A stretch of 11,835 nt of DNA from Fonticula alba ATCC 38817 (taxonomy: Eukaryota > Protista > Nucleariida): the NCBI GenBank assembly GCA_000388065.2, contig KB932204.1; one strand, given 5' to 3'. A model generated the notes under the pieces. That model was not told the origin of the DNA and did not search any database. It saw only the letters and a program-made list of their open reading frames with translations. Of the stretch, positions 1 to 8,751 are shown piece after piece; positions within the stretch are counted from its first letter, which is position 1; the number at the start of each line of letters is the position of its first letter. The position numbers were made by a program, and so were the translations under genes.

Positions 1-1578
1 CCCCCCCCCCGCCGGGTTTCGGAGGCAGCCCCCTCTGGCGAGAGAAGCCCACACATGCCGGAAAGCAGGGCGACATGAATCGGCCAAGTGCCCACGTATG
101 ACCCACAGCGCTGTCTTGCCCCGAAAGCACGGGGCGGCTCCATCATCAGCAAGCGCCCCCCATGTCCATCTCCCCCTCCCCGCCCCCCTCCTGTTGGTGA
201 TCGGTCCACGCTCGGGCCCGATCCTTCTTGCTTCCTGTCTCGCGCCTCCCTCAGGCCCGCCCTCCGACATACGGGCCAGGCATGTCGAAGGGGGACAATG
301 CAGAAGAACACAGGGGTCTCTATTTGCGGGCGATCTCCCAGGGGTGCACAGGAGCAGGATGACGTTTCCCGGGATGGCGAATCTAGGCAGTGGCGGGGGG
401 GGTGGCAAGAAGATGTGGCGCAGCGGCGAACCCGCGTCCGGAGAAGACGACCGCCGCAATACTGTCCCAGTCGCCAAAGGCAGCATACCGGCGTTCCAGA
501 GTACGACGGCACTCAATCTCCACAAAGCCGCCAAACCGACCAGCCTCCTGATGCTCGATCATGCGCCCGCAAACGATGTTGTAGGGGATACCCGAGGCCA
601 TTGAGCGGTTGAATTGGAAGCTGTGTGTGTGTGTGTGCGTGCATATGTCGAAATAGGATCAGTCGGACGTGTACCGGCATGGTGAAGGGAGTGGAGGCAG
701 AGAGACATCGTACCCAATGCGCTGACCCGAGTCATCAAGGATGGCGCCACCATAGAGGGCTGATCCGCCACGAGGGCCAAGCATATCGTAGAGGTGGTTG
801 GCAGCCTCCTGATTGGCCTCGGTGGAAATGATCGTCGCCCGGAAGGGGGCCACCTCCTCAGGCCACACGAAGCCCTTGGCGTCGTGATTCACCTCGGCAA
901 TAGCCGCCAGTAGGCGCGTGGCGCCGAGACCATAGCAGCCCATGAAGGCGAATTTCTCCGACGCGCCGAGGTCCAGCTTGACGGTGGGTCAGTGCTCAGA
1001 AGCCGACACACAGCTCGACAGAACGAAGTGGGCAGAAAGAGGAAGGGAACAAAAGGAAAGGGCACGAAAGTGGGGAAAGCGGCCGGCTTCACGCACCGGT
1101 GCCGAATAGGTTGTTCCTAGGTAGAAGGCATGACCAACTTCGATGCCACGGCGATGGCCAAGTACACCCGTGCCGCAGCAAGCACACTGGTCTCCCGGGC
1201 TGGCGATGGCCAGATCGCCAATCACCAGCGGGGCGCCGTCCCCCTTCTCCGACTCGGCAGCCTGCGTATCATCACCGATCAAGACATTACGGTCCACCAG
1301 AATGGGGAACGTATCGCGCCCGTAGCGGGTGATGAGAGTCGACCAGAAGGTATCATGCTGGCCAACAACCTCGGCATTGTTGACATTGAGGGTGGTCTGT
1401 TGAGGGGAGTGGTTATGATTAGCAGGCGTGGTGGGGGGAGTGCGATTGCACTGGGCGGGTGAAGCCCAGGAAAGGGAGGGGAGGGGGGGGGGAAGAGGGA
1501 CAGACAGGGGAAAGGGCGACGCACATTAACACGCAGGGGATTGATCTCGTCTTCCTTCAGATGAATAACCAGCGCGGC
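1..1578 (+). repeat. Duplicated segment A, copy 1 (= 6080..7657, offset 6079)
   Basis: Identical sequence and ORF translations. The only difference I saw is T403 vs G6482 inside a G run. Copy 2 ends exactly at the second N gap and copy 1 starts at the window start. Confidence 0.97.
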
Positions 1579-3303
1579 TGGGCGATTGGCCCAGGGGCTC
1601 ATGGCACCGCTGGAGCTGTGCTCCACCCCGGCGGCAGGAACGTGCGAGGCCAGCGGATGCTCGGGTCCGGCATTGCGCGGCAGCTCGAAGTGCACCAGCG
1701 ACAGAGACAGCTCCGAGGCGCTTCCACCAGCCAGAGGGAGCTTGTCGAAGCCGGCCGGCAGGCGCAGGCGGTCAAGGGCTTCCAGCTGCTCGCGCTCCAT
1801 CAGCCCGTCCAGGCTGCCCGTGATCGGGACGGCGTCCGTGCGCGGGTGCCGGCCAACCGCCTTCTCCACATTGGCTGCATAGGAGCACTGGTTGCAGCTG
1901 ATGATGGTGTCCTCACCGGCTACAGGGCAGCAGGGGATGATGATTGTTCGGTTGCTCGTCAGCACACCCAGTGCGGGACGCCACCACCCGGCCCCAGCAC
2001 ATTGGAAGACAGCGCACCATCATGGAGGACATGGAATTCATGGGACTTGCTGCCGCCAATGGCCCCAGTATCGGCCTCAGCCTTGACATGGTCCCCGAGG
2101 CCCAGTCGCTGGAGGATGCGCGCATAGCTGGCGCAGATCTCGTCATACGTGACAGCCGCCTGCTCTGGCGACGCATCGAAGGTGTACAGGTCTTTCATGA
2201 CGAACTCGCGGCAGCGGAGGAGCCCCGAGCGGGGACGCATTTCGTCCCGGAATTTCTGGCCTGCATTGCTGGGATGTCAGCTGCCATGTAGGAGCGATGT
2301 TTGTGCATGTACATGCACACACACAAACACTCACACTCACACTCACACTCACACACGCACCAATCTGATACAAGCGCAGGGAGGTGGCCGAGCTGTCTTG
2401 ATGTGCGGCCACCAGCGAGGTGATCTCCTCCTCGTGCGTCGGTGCCAGACAGTAGTCATTATGGTGGCGGTCCTTCAAACGGAAGAGCTGAGCGCGGGAT
2501 TTTGGAAAGCAGTTAGGCACAGCCACCGCGATGGGCAACGGCAGGAGGGGAGTAGAGCGACTCGACAGCATGTGAGGAATGGGGGATGCACAGACATCCA
2601 AACACACCTCCGGGCCGGTGGTATCCCAGCGTCCGGTCTTGCGCCATAGGGCATCGGACTGAAGGAGAGGCAGGGAAAGGCGGTGGCATTGGGCCTTCTG
2701 CAACTCGTCATCAATAACCGCCTCGATCTGCCGCAGCACGCTATATCCCAGAGGGAGCAGCGAATAGAGGCCATTGCCAGACTGCGGCGATGCTCGGGTG
2801 TGTTAGTGGTGGAGGGGGCATATGGCGCCTTGGCACGGGCGGTTGCATGCATCTGGTGATGGTAGTGGGGGAGGGGGAGGGGGGAGGCTGGCAGGAGGAG
2901 CACCTACCCGAGAGATGAAGCCAGCCCGAAGCAGCATCTGGTGGCTCTTCGACAGGGTAGGATCGACATTCCGGTGGAAGGGAGCCAGGAGGGTGGAGAT
3001 TCGACGGCGGAAAACCGGCGCCGGGCCGGATGGACCCTCACCGGCCCCGGGAGCGGAGGACGAATAGTGTCTCGAGGGGGCCACACCCATGGCAAGGCGC
3101 CGATCGGTCAAATGGGCACCGGGCTTGATCATGGTCATTGAGGGGGGGATAGCCGGGGTGGTCGAGGCCCGGCGAGTTGTCACAGTTGCGCTGGCAATGG
3201 CGGTCAGTGGCCGAGCGCACAGGGCCGCGGCGGTCATCCGGCGCGGTCCCAGACGCAACAGGGCAGTGCTGGTCGCATGTCCTGAGAGGTAGCGAGACAG
3301 CAT
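383..3303 (-). CDS. PARS2: Mitochondrial (bacterial-type) prolyl-tRNA synthetase, 8 exons, 711 aa
   Basis: Exons read by hand (- strand): 3303-2908, 2781-2608, 2487-2361, 2260-2018, 1919-1525, 1396-1097, 976-714, 620-383. They total 2136 nt, all introns are GT-AG, and the frame is open to TAG at 385-383. Class IIa ProRS motifs: [20 protein letters not shown], motif 1 region ([18 protein letters not shown]), [19 protein letters not shown], motif 2 ([33 protein letters not shown]), [29 protein letters not shown], motif 3 ([17 protein letters not shown]), anticodon-binding domain (WPEEVAPF...ILDD...GIPY). The N-terminus is Arg/Ser/Thr-rich with no acidic residue until position 67. The exon 7 acceptor is AAG (979-977), 3' of ACTGAC. 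Confidence 0.95.
622..642 (+). repeat. (GT)n microsatellite directly abutting the ProRS intron 7 acceptor (also at 6701..6721)
   Basis: tgtgtgtgtgtgtgtgcgtgc reads (CA)n-CAG on the sense strand. Confidence 0.9.
2315..2358 (+). repeat. (CA)/(CACACT)n simple repeat in ProRS intron 3
   Basis: cacacacacaaacactcacactcacactcacactcacacacgc. Confidence 0.85.
3064..3303 (-). other. Predicted mitochondrial targeting presequence of ProRS (about residues 1-80)
   Basis: No D/E in the first 66 residues, many R/S/T/A, and it ends in SRHY|SSS, matching the R-x-Y|S cleavage pattern. Recognisable ProRS homology starts around residue 100 ([10 protein letters not shown]). Judged by eye only. Confidence 0.7.
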
Positions 3304-3374
3304 TCTCGATGTCTGGGAAGGGGGGCGGGGCGACGTATGTGCGTGTGTGCGTGTGTGCGTGTGCGGGGGAGGGG

Positions 3375-3384
3375 NNNNNNNNNN
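3375..3384. other. Scaffold gap (10 N)
   Basis: Run of 10 N. The left contig ends in a G-rich low-complexity stretch. Confidence 0.99.
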
Positions 3385-3459
3385 TTGCCCCCACTCGCAC
3401 GATGTTCATACTAAGCATGTGCTCATGCCCCCTCCGTCCTCCTCCCTCGCTCGCTCGCG

Positions 3460-3460
<1 letters not shown>

Positions 3461-3484
<24 letters not shown>
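3461..3484 (+). repeat. (TC)12 microsatellite in TAF8 intron 3; (TC)10 at 10349..10368
   Basis: Direct count. The 4-nt length difference explains the offset change between the two copies. Confidence 0.9.
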
Positions 3485-3493
<9 letters not shown>

Positions 3494-3518
3494 TTCCCTT
3501 GTCCGCCTTCTCCCTCAG

Positions 3519-4847
3519 GTCGAGGCCAAGGTTGTTGTTGATGCGCCAGCATTGCAAGCCGCCGGGGCAGCGCAGCGCCGTGCCAGTTGCCGCTCGCTGG
3601 AGCGCCTCCTGCGCATGACCGACCCCACGGCCGGACAATCGGTGTCCGACACGCCCGAACCCGCCACATTGGTGGACCTTCCCTCGCTTTTCCATACTCT
3701 GTCCCCGGTGTCAGATCCGGTGTCAATCGAGCAGCAACCAGCTCCGAATGTGGTTCCGGGTGACGGGCCCCCCGTGAACGACCCCCCCCGGCCGTTGTCC
3801 CTCTCCTTCAGTGGGCTCCTCCGCTCGGCCTCCAAATCGCGCCTGCCCTCTGGCGCGTGTACTCCCCTACCGCCGGCCGAAGGGCAGGGCGCTTCCGCCA
3901 GCTTTGCCGGGGTACCGGACGATCGTCCGCCCCTGTCCTCACCCCATTTGCCACCGGCCGCCGCCGCCGCCACCACCGCCGCCGCCATGTCCGGCCCTTT
4001 GCCACTTCTTACGCCCAAGGTGGAGCCTTCAACCGGCACGTCGGGCGCCACATCTCCCATGCTCCCGCGTGTGATTCTATCCATCCCCTCATCGCCACTG
4101 AAGGGTGCCTTGACATTGTCCCTTTCGCGATCGGCCAGTGTTGGGGATCCGCCCGGCACAGCGCCCCATTCACCGGAGTTGTCTACTTTGCCAACGCTCC
4201 CCGCTCTATCGGAGCCCGGGCCCCTGCTTCGGTCAGTGTCCTCGCCCGTGGGTCCGACCGGTGGCATGGACGTGGACCCATCGGGGGGGGCCCCGCTTTC
4301 GCCGCTCCTGCCTGGCCTGGCGGTGACCGTCAAGACCGAGGAGGGAATCCAGCGTGCGGCGCCGGCCCTGGAGTCGTTTGGCAGTGAGACGCCCCCGAGC
4401 CAGACCCCACGCAAGCTCTCCCTCTCCTTCACATTGCCCAAGGCACCAAGCGCTGACGCCCTCCCAGTGTCATCGCCGCCACCCCTGCCGCCGCCCCCCT
4501 CGTCATCCCTGCCTGCCATGGGTGAGGAGCGGCGGCCAGCCAGTGCCACGCCCGGCAGCCCGATGTCCCTGGCATCGACAGCCGGCCGGTCCGGTGCCGG
4601 CCCTCAGCCTGGCCCTTCCGCACCGCCTGCCTCGGCTTCGGACCCCTCGCCGGTGTCCAGTCCGGCCCCGCGATTGATCCTGTCATTATCGTCACCGGTG
4701 GCGGCAACCGCCCCGGTGGCGCCCGGGGGAGCGGGCTCCCCCTCTCTGGGGCCCATTGTCGCTCCTCCAGCCGTCGCTGCAATGTCCCCTGGACTTGAGG
4801 GTCATCCGATGGATGGTGATGATAGCGACGACTTTTCAGATGTCTAG
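3519..4847 (+). CDS. TAF8: TAF8 terminal exon (443 codons), redundant partial copy; upstream exons are missing because the contig starts inside intron 3
   Basis: CAG acceptor at 3516-3518. The translation VEAKVVVDAP...DDFSDV* is identical to 10403..11731. Probably the same locus represented twice. Confidence 0.8.
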   Translation, partial: VEAKVVVDAPALQAAGAAQRRASCRSLERLLRMTDPTAGQSVSDTPEPATLVDLPSLFHTLSPVSDPVSIEQQPAPNVVPGDGPPVNDPPRPLSLSFSGLLRSASKSRLPSGACTPLPPAEGQGASASFAGVPDDRPPLSSPHLPPAAAAATTAAAMSGPLPLLTPKVEPSTGTSGATSPMLPRVILSIPSSPLKGALTLSLSRSASVGDPPGTAPHSPELSTLPTLPALSEPGPLLRSVSSPVGPTGGMDVDPSGGAPLSPLLPGLAVTVKTEEGIQRAAPALESFGSETPPSQTPRKLSLSFTLPKAPSADALPVSSPPPLPPPPSSSLPAMGEERRPASATPGSPMSLASTAGRSGAGPQPGPSAPPASASDPSPVSSPAPRLILSLSSPVAATAPVAPGGAGSPSLGPIVAPPAVAAMSPGLEGHPMDGDDSDDFSDV

Positions 4848-4966
4848 GCCATTGGGTCGTGCTTGCGCATTCCTGTCCCCTGTTCAATCCTCTCTTCCTC
4901 TCCCAAGTGAGAGGTGATACATCCAGAAAAATGGGCACTCAAAGTGGGGTTTCCCTTGTTCGGCTG

Positions 4967-4972
4967 TTTATT
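4967..4972 (-). terminator. Candidate AATAAA polyadenylation signal for ADI1
   Basis: TTTATT on + is AATAAA on -. It lies about 100 nt past the ADI1 stop, in the 221-nt gap between the convergent TAF8 and ADI1 stops, and is a rare AT-rich patch in this GC-rich DNA. Confidence 0.5.
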
Positions 4973-5068
4973 TATCTTGGCAGAGGATGTGCACACAGGC
5001 ATGTCAATGCACAAACACGCATGGCCATAGGCCCTCCCCCCGGCATGGGCATCTAGCTGCTACCACCA

Positions 5069-5957
5069 TCACGCATGGCCAGGGCTGGTGTTCAGGGCCG
5101 TCAGGTAGTCAGCCCGGGCCGGGCGCAGGTCACCAGCTGGCTGGACAGAGGCCGCGGCTGCCGAGCTGACATTGTTCACCGTTCGGGCGTGCGCTTCCCA
5201 CCGGGGAGCGTCCTGGAAGAGGCGAATAGCCTTGATGTAGTTTTTCTCATCGGGCGAGAACCGATGGTAGATGCCGGCCGGCTGGGGGAAGGGGGGGGGG
5301 GGGGGGGGAGGGAGGTTTAAGTAAACGTGTTGATTTCCATACATAGCAGGAAATGGCGGGCACGTACAAGCACCAGCAGGTCACCGGGGGTGACTGCAAT
5401 GCGGATCCAGCGGTCCGCACGGTCACGCACGTCGAAGTAGCCCGACCCCCCGGCACAGAAGCGGATCTCTTCATCATCGTGCAAATGCCTGTGAGTGTGG
5501 CCGAGGGGGCGGAGGAAAGGCGAGAGACAGAGGGATGGCAGGGGTTTTAAGCACAGTCAGTAAGAGGACATTTGGCCGGTGCCCCGAGGCGCACGGACAG
5601 GACGCACTCTTGGAAGAACACCCCACAAAGAGTCTCATAGTTGGGCATCTTGGTGGGGGAGATCTCCACCTGGTCGCGGTTCTTATAGCCCCGCTCCGAG
5701 GCCACCGCATCAAGCTGGGCCAGGTACTCGGACTCCGGGACATCGGAGAGATCGCCCTCCGGCCGAATGGGCGCCAGACGCCAGTATAGCACGCCGATGT
5801 CCTTCAAAAAGGCTTGCGCCTCGGGCAGAGGGGCCGACTGGAGCAGGGTCAGTCACCCGGCCAGCGAGGTATGCAAGGACGAGCGAGCACGTACCACATG
5901 GGCGAGTCGGGGGTCACCGCCGGGGGCGATATCACTCATGAGCCAAGCCGAAACCAT
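5069..5957 (-). CDS. ADI1: Acireductone dioxygenase (ARD/MtnD, cupin; methionine salvage), 4 exons, 208 aa
   Basis: Exons 5957-5895, 5837-5608, 5488-5368, 5281-5069 total 627 nt, all introns GT-AG. N-terminus [20 protein letters not shown], then [69 protein letters not shown]. The His-x-His...Glu and downstream His metal ligands are intact. Confidence 0.96.
5291..5308 (+). repeat. G18 homopolymer (C18 on the sense strand) in ADI1 intron 3
   Basis: Direct count. It forms the pyrimidine tract ahead of the CAG at 5284-5282. Confidence 0.9.
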
Positions 5958-6079
5958 GGTGGTAAATGTGCAGGGAAATGTGCACGACGGACAATAGGGA
6001 GGAGAGATGGAGAGGAGGGGACATGTGTGGTAGAGGCAACAACAGGCCCGGCGACGATCTCGTCGCTGGCTGATTTGTC

Positions 6080-7657
6080 CCCCCCCCCCGCCGGGTTTCG
6101 GAGGCAGCCCCCTCTGGCGAGAGAAGCCCACACATGCCGGAAAGCAGGGCGACATGAATCGGCCAAGTGCCCACGTATGACCCACAGCGCTGTCTTGCCC
6201 CGAAAGCACGGGGCGGCTCCATCATCAGCAAGCGCCCCCCATGTCCATCTCCCCCTCCCCGCCCCCCTCCTGTTGGTGATCGGTCCACGCTCGGGCCCGA
6301 TCCTTCTTGCTTCCTGTCTCGCGCCTCCCTCAGGCCCGCCCTCCGACATACGGGCCAGGCATGTCGAAGGGGGACAATGCAGAAGAACACAGGGGTCTCT
6401 ATTTGCGGGCGATCTCCCAGGGGTGCACAGGAGCAGGATGACGTTTCCCGGGATGGCGAATCTAGGCAGTGGCGGGGGGGGGGGCAAGAAGATGTGGCGC
6501 AGCGGCGAACCCGCGTCCGGAGAAGACGACCGCCGCAATACTGTCCCAGTCGCCAAAGGCAGCATACCGGCGTTCCAGAGTACGACGGCACTCAATCTCC
6601 ACAAAGCCGCCAAACCGACCAGCCTCCTGATGCTCGATCATGCGCCCGCAAACGATGTTGTAGGGGATACCCGAGGCCATTGAGCGGTTGAATTGGAAGC
6701 TGTGTGTGTGTGTGTGCGTGCATATGTCGAAATAGGATCAGTCGGACGTGTACCGGCATGGTGAAGGGAGTGGAGGCAGAGAGACATCGTACCCAATGCG
6801 CTGACCCGAGTCATCAAGGATGGCGCCACCATAGAGGGCTGATCCGCCACGAGGGCCAAGCATATCGTAGAGGTGGTTGGCAGCCTCCTGATTGGCCTCG
6901 GTGGAAATGATCGTCGCCCGGAAGGGGGCCACCTCCTCAGGCCACACGAAGCCCTTGGCGTCGTGATTCACCTCGGCAATAGCCGCCAGTAGGCGCGTGG
7001 CGCCGAGACCATAGCAGCCCATGAAGGCGAATTTCTCCGACGCGCCGAGGTCCAGCTTGACGGTGGGTCAGTGCTCAGAAGCCGACACACAGCTCGACAG
7101 AACGAAGTGGGCAGAAAGAGGAAGGGAACAAAAGGAAAGGGCACGAAAGTGGGGAAAGCGGCCGGCTTCACGCACCGGTGCCGAATAGGTTGTTCCTAGG
7201 TAGAAGGCATGACCAACTTCGATGCCACGGCGATGGCCAAGTACACCCGTGCCGCAGCAAGCACACTGGTCTCCCGGGCTGGCGATGGCCAGATCGCCAA
7301 TCACCAGCGGGGCGCCGTCCCCCTTCTCCGACTCGGCAGCCTGCGTATCATCACCGATCAAGACATTACGGTCCACCAGAATGGGGAACGTATCGCGCCC
7401 GTAGCGGGTGATGAGAGTCGACCAGAAGGTATCATGCTGGCCAACAACCTCGGCATTGTTGACATTGAGGGTGGTCTGTTGAGGGGAGTGGTTATGATTA
7501 GCAGGCGTGGTGGGGGGAGTGCGATTGCACTGGGCGGGTGAAGCCCAGGAAAGGGAGGGGAGGGGGGGGGGAAGAGGGACAGACAGGGGAAAGGGCGACG
7601 CACATTAACACGCAGGGGATTGATCTCGTCTTCCTTCAGATGAATAACCAGCGCGGC
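6080..7657 (+). repeat. Duplicated segment A, copy 2
   Basis: Matches 1..1578 and is terminated by the N gap at 7658. Confidence 0.97.
6462..7657 (-). CDS. PARS2: ProRS 3' portion (part of exon 5 and exons 6-8), redundant copy truncated by the N gap
   Basis: Exons 7657-7604 (partial), 7475-7176, 7055-6793, 6699-6462 are identical to copy 1 except Thr vs Pro at position 6482 near the C-terminus. Confidence 0.8.
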
Positions 7658-7667
7658 NNNNNNNNNN
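7658..7667. other. Scaffold gap (10 N)
   Basis: Run of 10 N. Confidence 0.99.
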
Positions 7668-7806
7668 CGCATACGCTCGGCCTGCCCCTCGTGTCTGGCC
7701 GTTGGGCGCAGAGGGGCGAGAGCTCAACCCTCGGAGCGGGACACAGCCGCCTCTGAGGCTGGCCTCTCGCTCGGGGCCGCACACACCCGTGTGTCTTTCT
7801 CCACAG

Positions 7807-7899
7807 GGCAACGAGATTGCAGAGCTGAGGCCCCTGCCCCGCAAGCAGGGGTACCTGAAAAGGAGGCCCCCCGCCCGTGAGAAGACGTCCCGCAGCTGA
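7807..7899 (+). CDS. Possible terminal exon of an unidentified upstream gene (GNEIAELRPLPRKQGYLKRRPPAREKTSRS*)
   Basis: Follows the acceptor-like TCTTTCTCCACAG (ends 7806). 26 of 30 codons end in G/C. No recognisable homology. Confidence 0.2.
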   Translation, partial: GNEIAELRPLPRKQGYLKRRPPAREKTSRS

Positions 7900-8250
7900 C
7901 ACGCTGAGGCGAGCCGCTGCGCGCATGTGTGCCTGTGTGTGCATATGACCCCCGACCAGCAGTCTACCCCCCACATTGCGCCAAGTCCCGAACACCGACG
8001 AGAGACCAGGGGAACATCCGCAAGCAAGCGCCGCCTCTCGCCCCCCGGAGCCGGAGAACGCGTGGAGCCACAAGGCTGCTTCGTCGGGAGGTCGCGACCC
8101 CGGCCGCCCCTGACCCTCAGGGTGGCGCGGGTACCTGCCCGCGCCCCGTCCGGTCCAGAGCGACAGACCGATGGCTTGAAGCCTCCCCCCCCCCCACATC
8201 ACACCGCCTTGCCTCTCGTCGTAGGGTCAGAGGCGGAACACTCGGAGGAT

Positions 8251-8290
8251 GTTTTGTCTATTAAAAAAGCTGCCATTTACGAAAAACAAC
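8251..8290 (+). promoter_or_regulatory. AT-rich island (TATTAAAAAA at 8259-8268): candidate TAF8 core promoter element, or an ATTAAA poly(A) signal of an upstream gene
   Basis: This is the clearest AT-rich patch in the non-coding kilobase upstream of TAF8. The evidence is positional only. Confidence 0.25.
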
Positions 8291-8537
8291 GCCGGCTCCC
8301 GAGTCGAGGGTGCTCCCTGGCAGGAGGGTGCGAATTTTCACCAGGCTACTTCCTAAATGCATCGGGGTTCACTCTTTCCGACACCTTCGCTGGTACTTGA
8401 TCCCGCCCTCTCGGCCCAAATATCTTCGGCGGCAGCTGTCTCGCCCCGAGCTGCCACCCTTTGGGACTTTGCGGGCATCTCGTTTGCGCGCGCACCGGCA
8501 GGCACGCCAGCTGCCAACTTGCCTAGTCCCCTCCAGG

Positions 8538-8745
8538 GTGCGAGGACCTTCGGTCCATTTCTCGGCAACCGTCAACTCCCTCCCTCGCCCCGGCCCACCT
8601 CAAGCCAGCCCCTTCTCCCTTCCTGTCCGCCTTCCCCAGCTCTCCTCTCCCCCCCTCCCCCTCTCCCCCCTCTCTATCCCCCCTCCCCGACCGACTCCCA
8701 GCAACCACGCACATACGCGCGCGCACGCACATCCTCCCTCCCTAG
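8538..8745 (+). other. Candidate 5'-UTR intron of TAF8 (208 nt)
   Basis: Donor CAGG|GTGCGA matches the local GTGCG consensus. The body is C-rich like the confirmed introns. The acceptor CCCTCCCTAG lies 6 nt before the ATG. Confidence 0.4.
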
Positions 8746-8751
8746 CTTGTG

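Larger units (their letters stand above)
3385..4951 (+). repeat. Duplicated segment B, copy 1 (= 10273..11835)
   Basis: Starts exactly after the first N gap. The offset is 6888 before and 6884 after a (TC)n tract, which is (TC)12 here and (TC)10 in copy 2. Otherwise identical as far as I could read. Confidence 0.97.

Noticed and set aside
88-612. Plus-strand ORFs of 174 and 168 aa (also 6167..6691 and 5814..6683)
   Set aside because: They are antisense to ProRS exon 8 and its 3' flank (and to ADI1 exon 1), have no recognisable motif, and long spurious ORFs are expected at this GC content.
1466-1500. G-quadruplex-like G tracts on the + strand
   Set aside because: They are the complement of the C-rich intronic pyrimidine tracts of minus-strand genes, already explained by splicing signals.
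1459-2649. Plus-strand ORFs 1459..2127, 1944..2291 and 2149..2649
   Set aside because: Antisense shadows of ProRS exons 2-5; they translate intronic microsatellites (THTHTH).
3515-4549. 344-aa Gly/Arg/Asp-rich minus-strand ORF (also 10399..11433)
   Set aside because: Codon-aligned antisense shadow of the Pro/Ser-rich TAF8 exon 4.
3177-4847. 556-aa ORF
   Set aside because: It crosses the N gap and fuses antisense ProRS sequence, intron sequence and TAF8 exon 4. Only 3519..4847 is coding.
5964-5984. Direct repeat AAATGTGCA x2 just upstream of the ADI1 start
   Set aside because: A single short duplication with no supporting context.
6051-6066. Inverted repeat GCGACGA-TC-TCGTCGC about 95 nt upstream of the ADI1 ATG
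   Set aside because: 7-bp GC-rich arms with a 2-nt loop are expected by chance in about 9 kb, and there is no second instance.
6462-7657. Truncated ProRS and TAF8 copies as pseudogenes
   Set aside because: The truncations coincide exactly with N gaps and there is no decay, so they are best explained by assembly.
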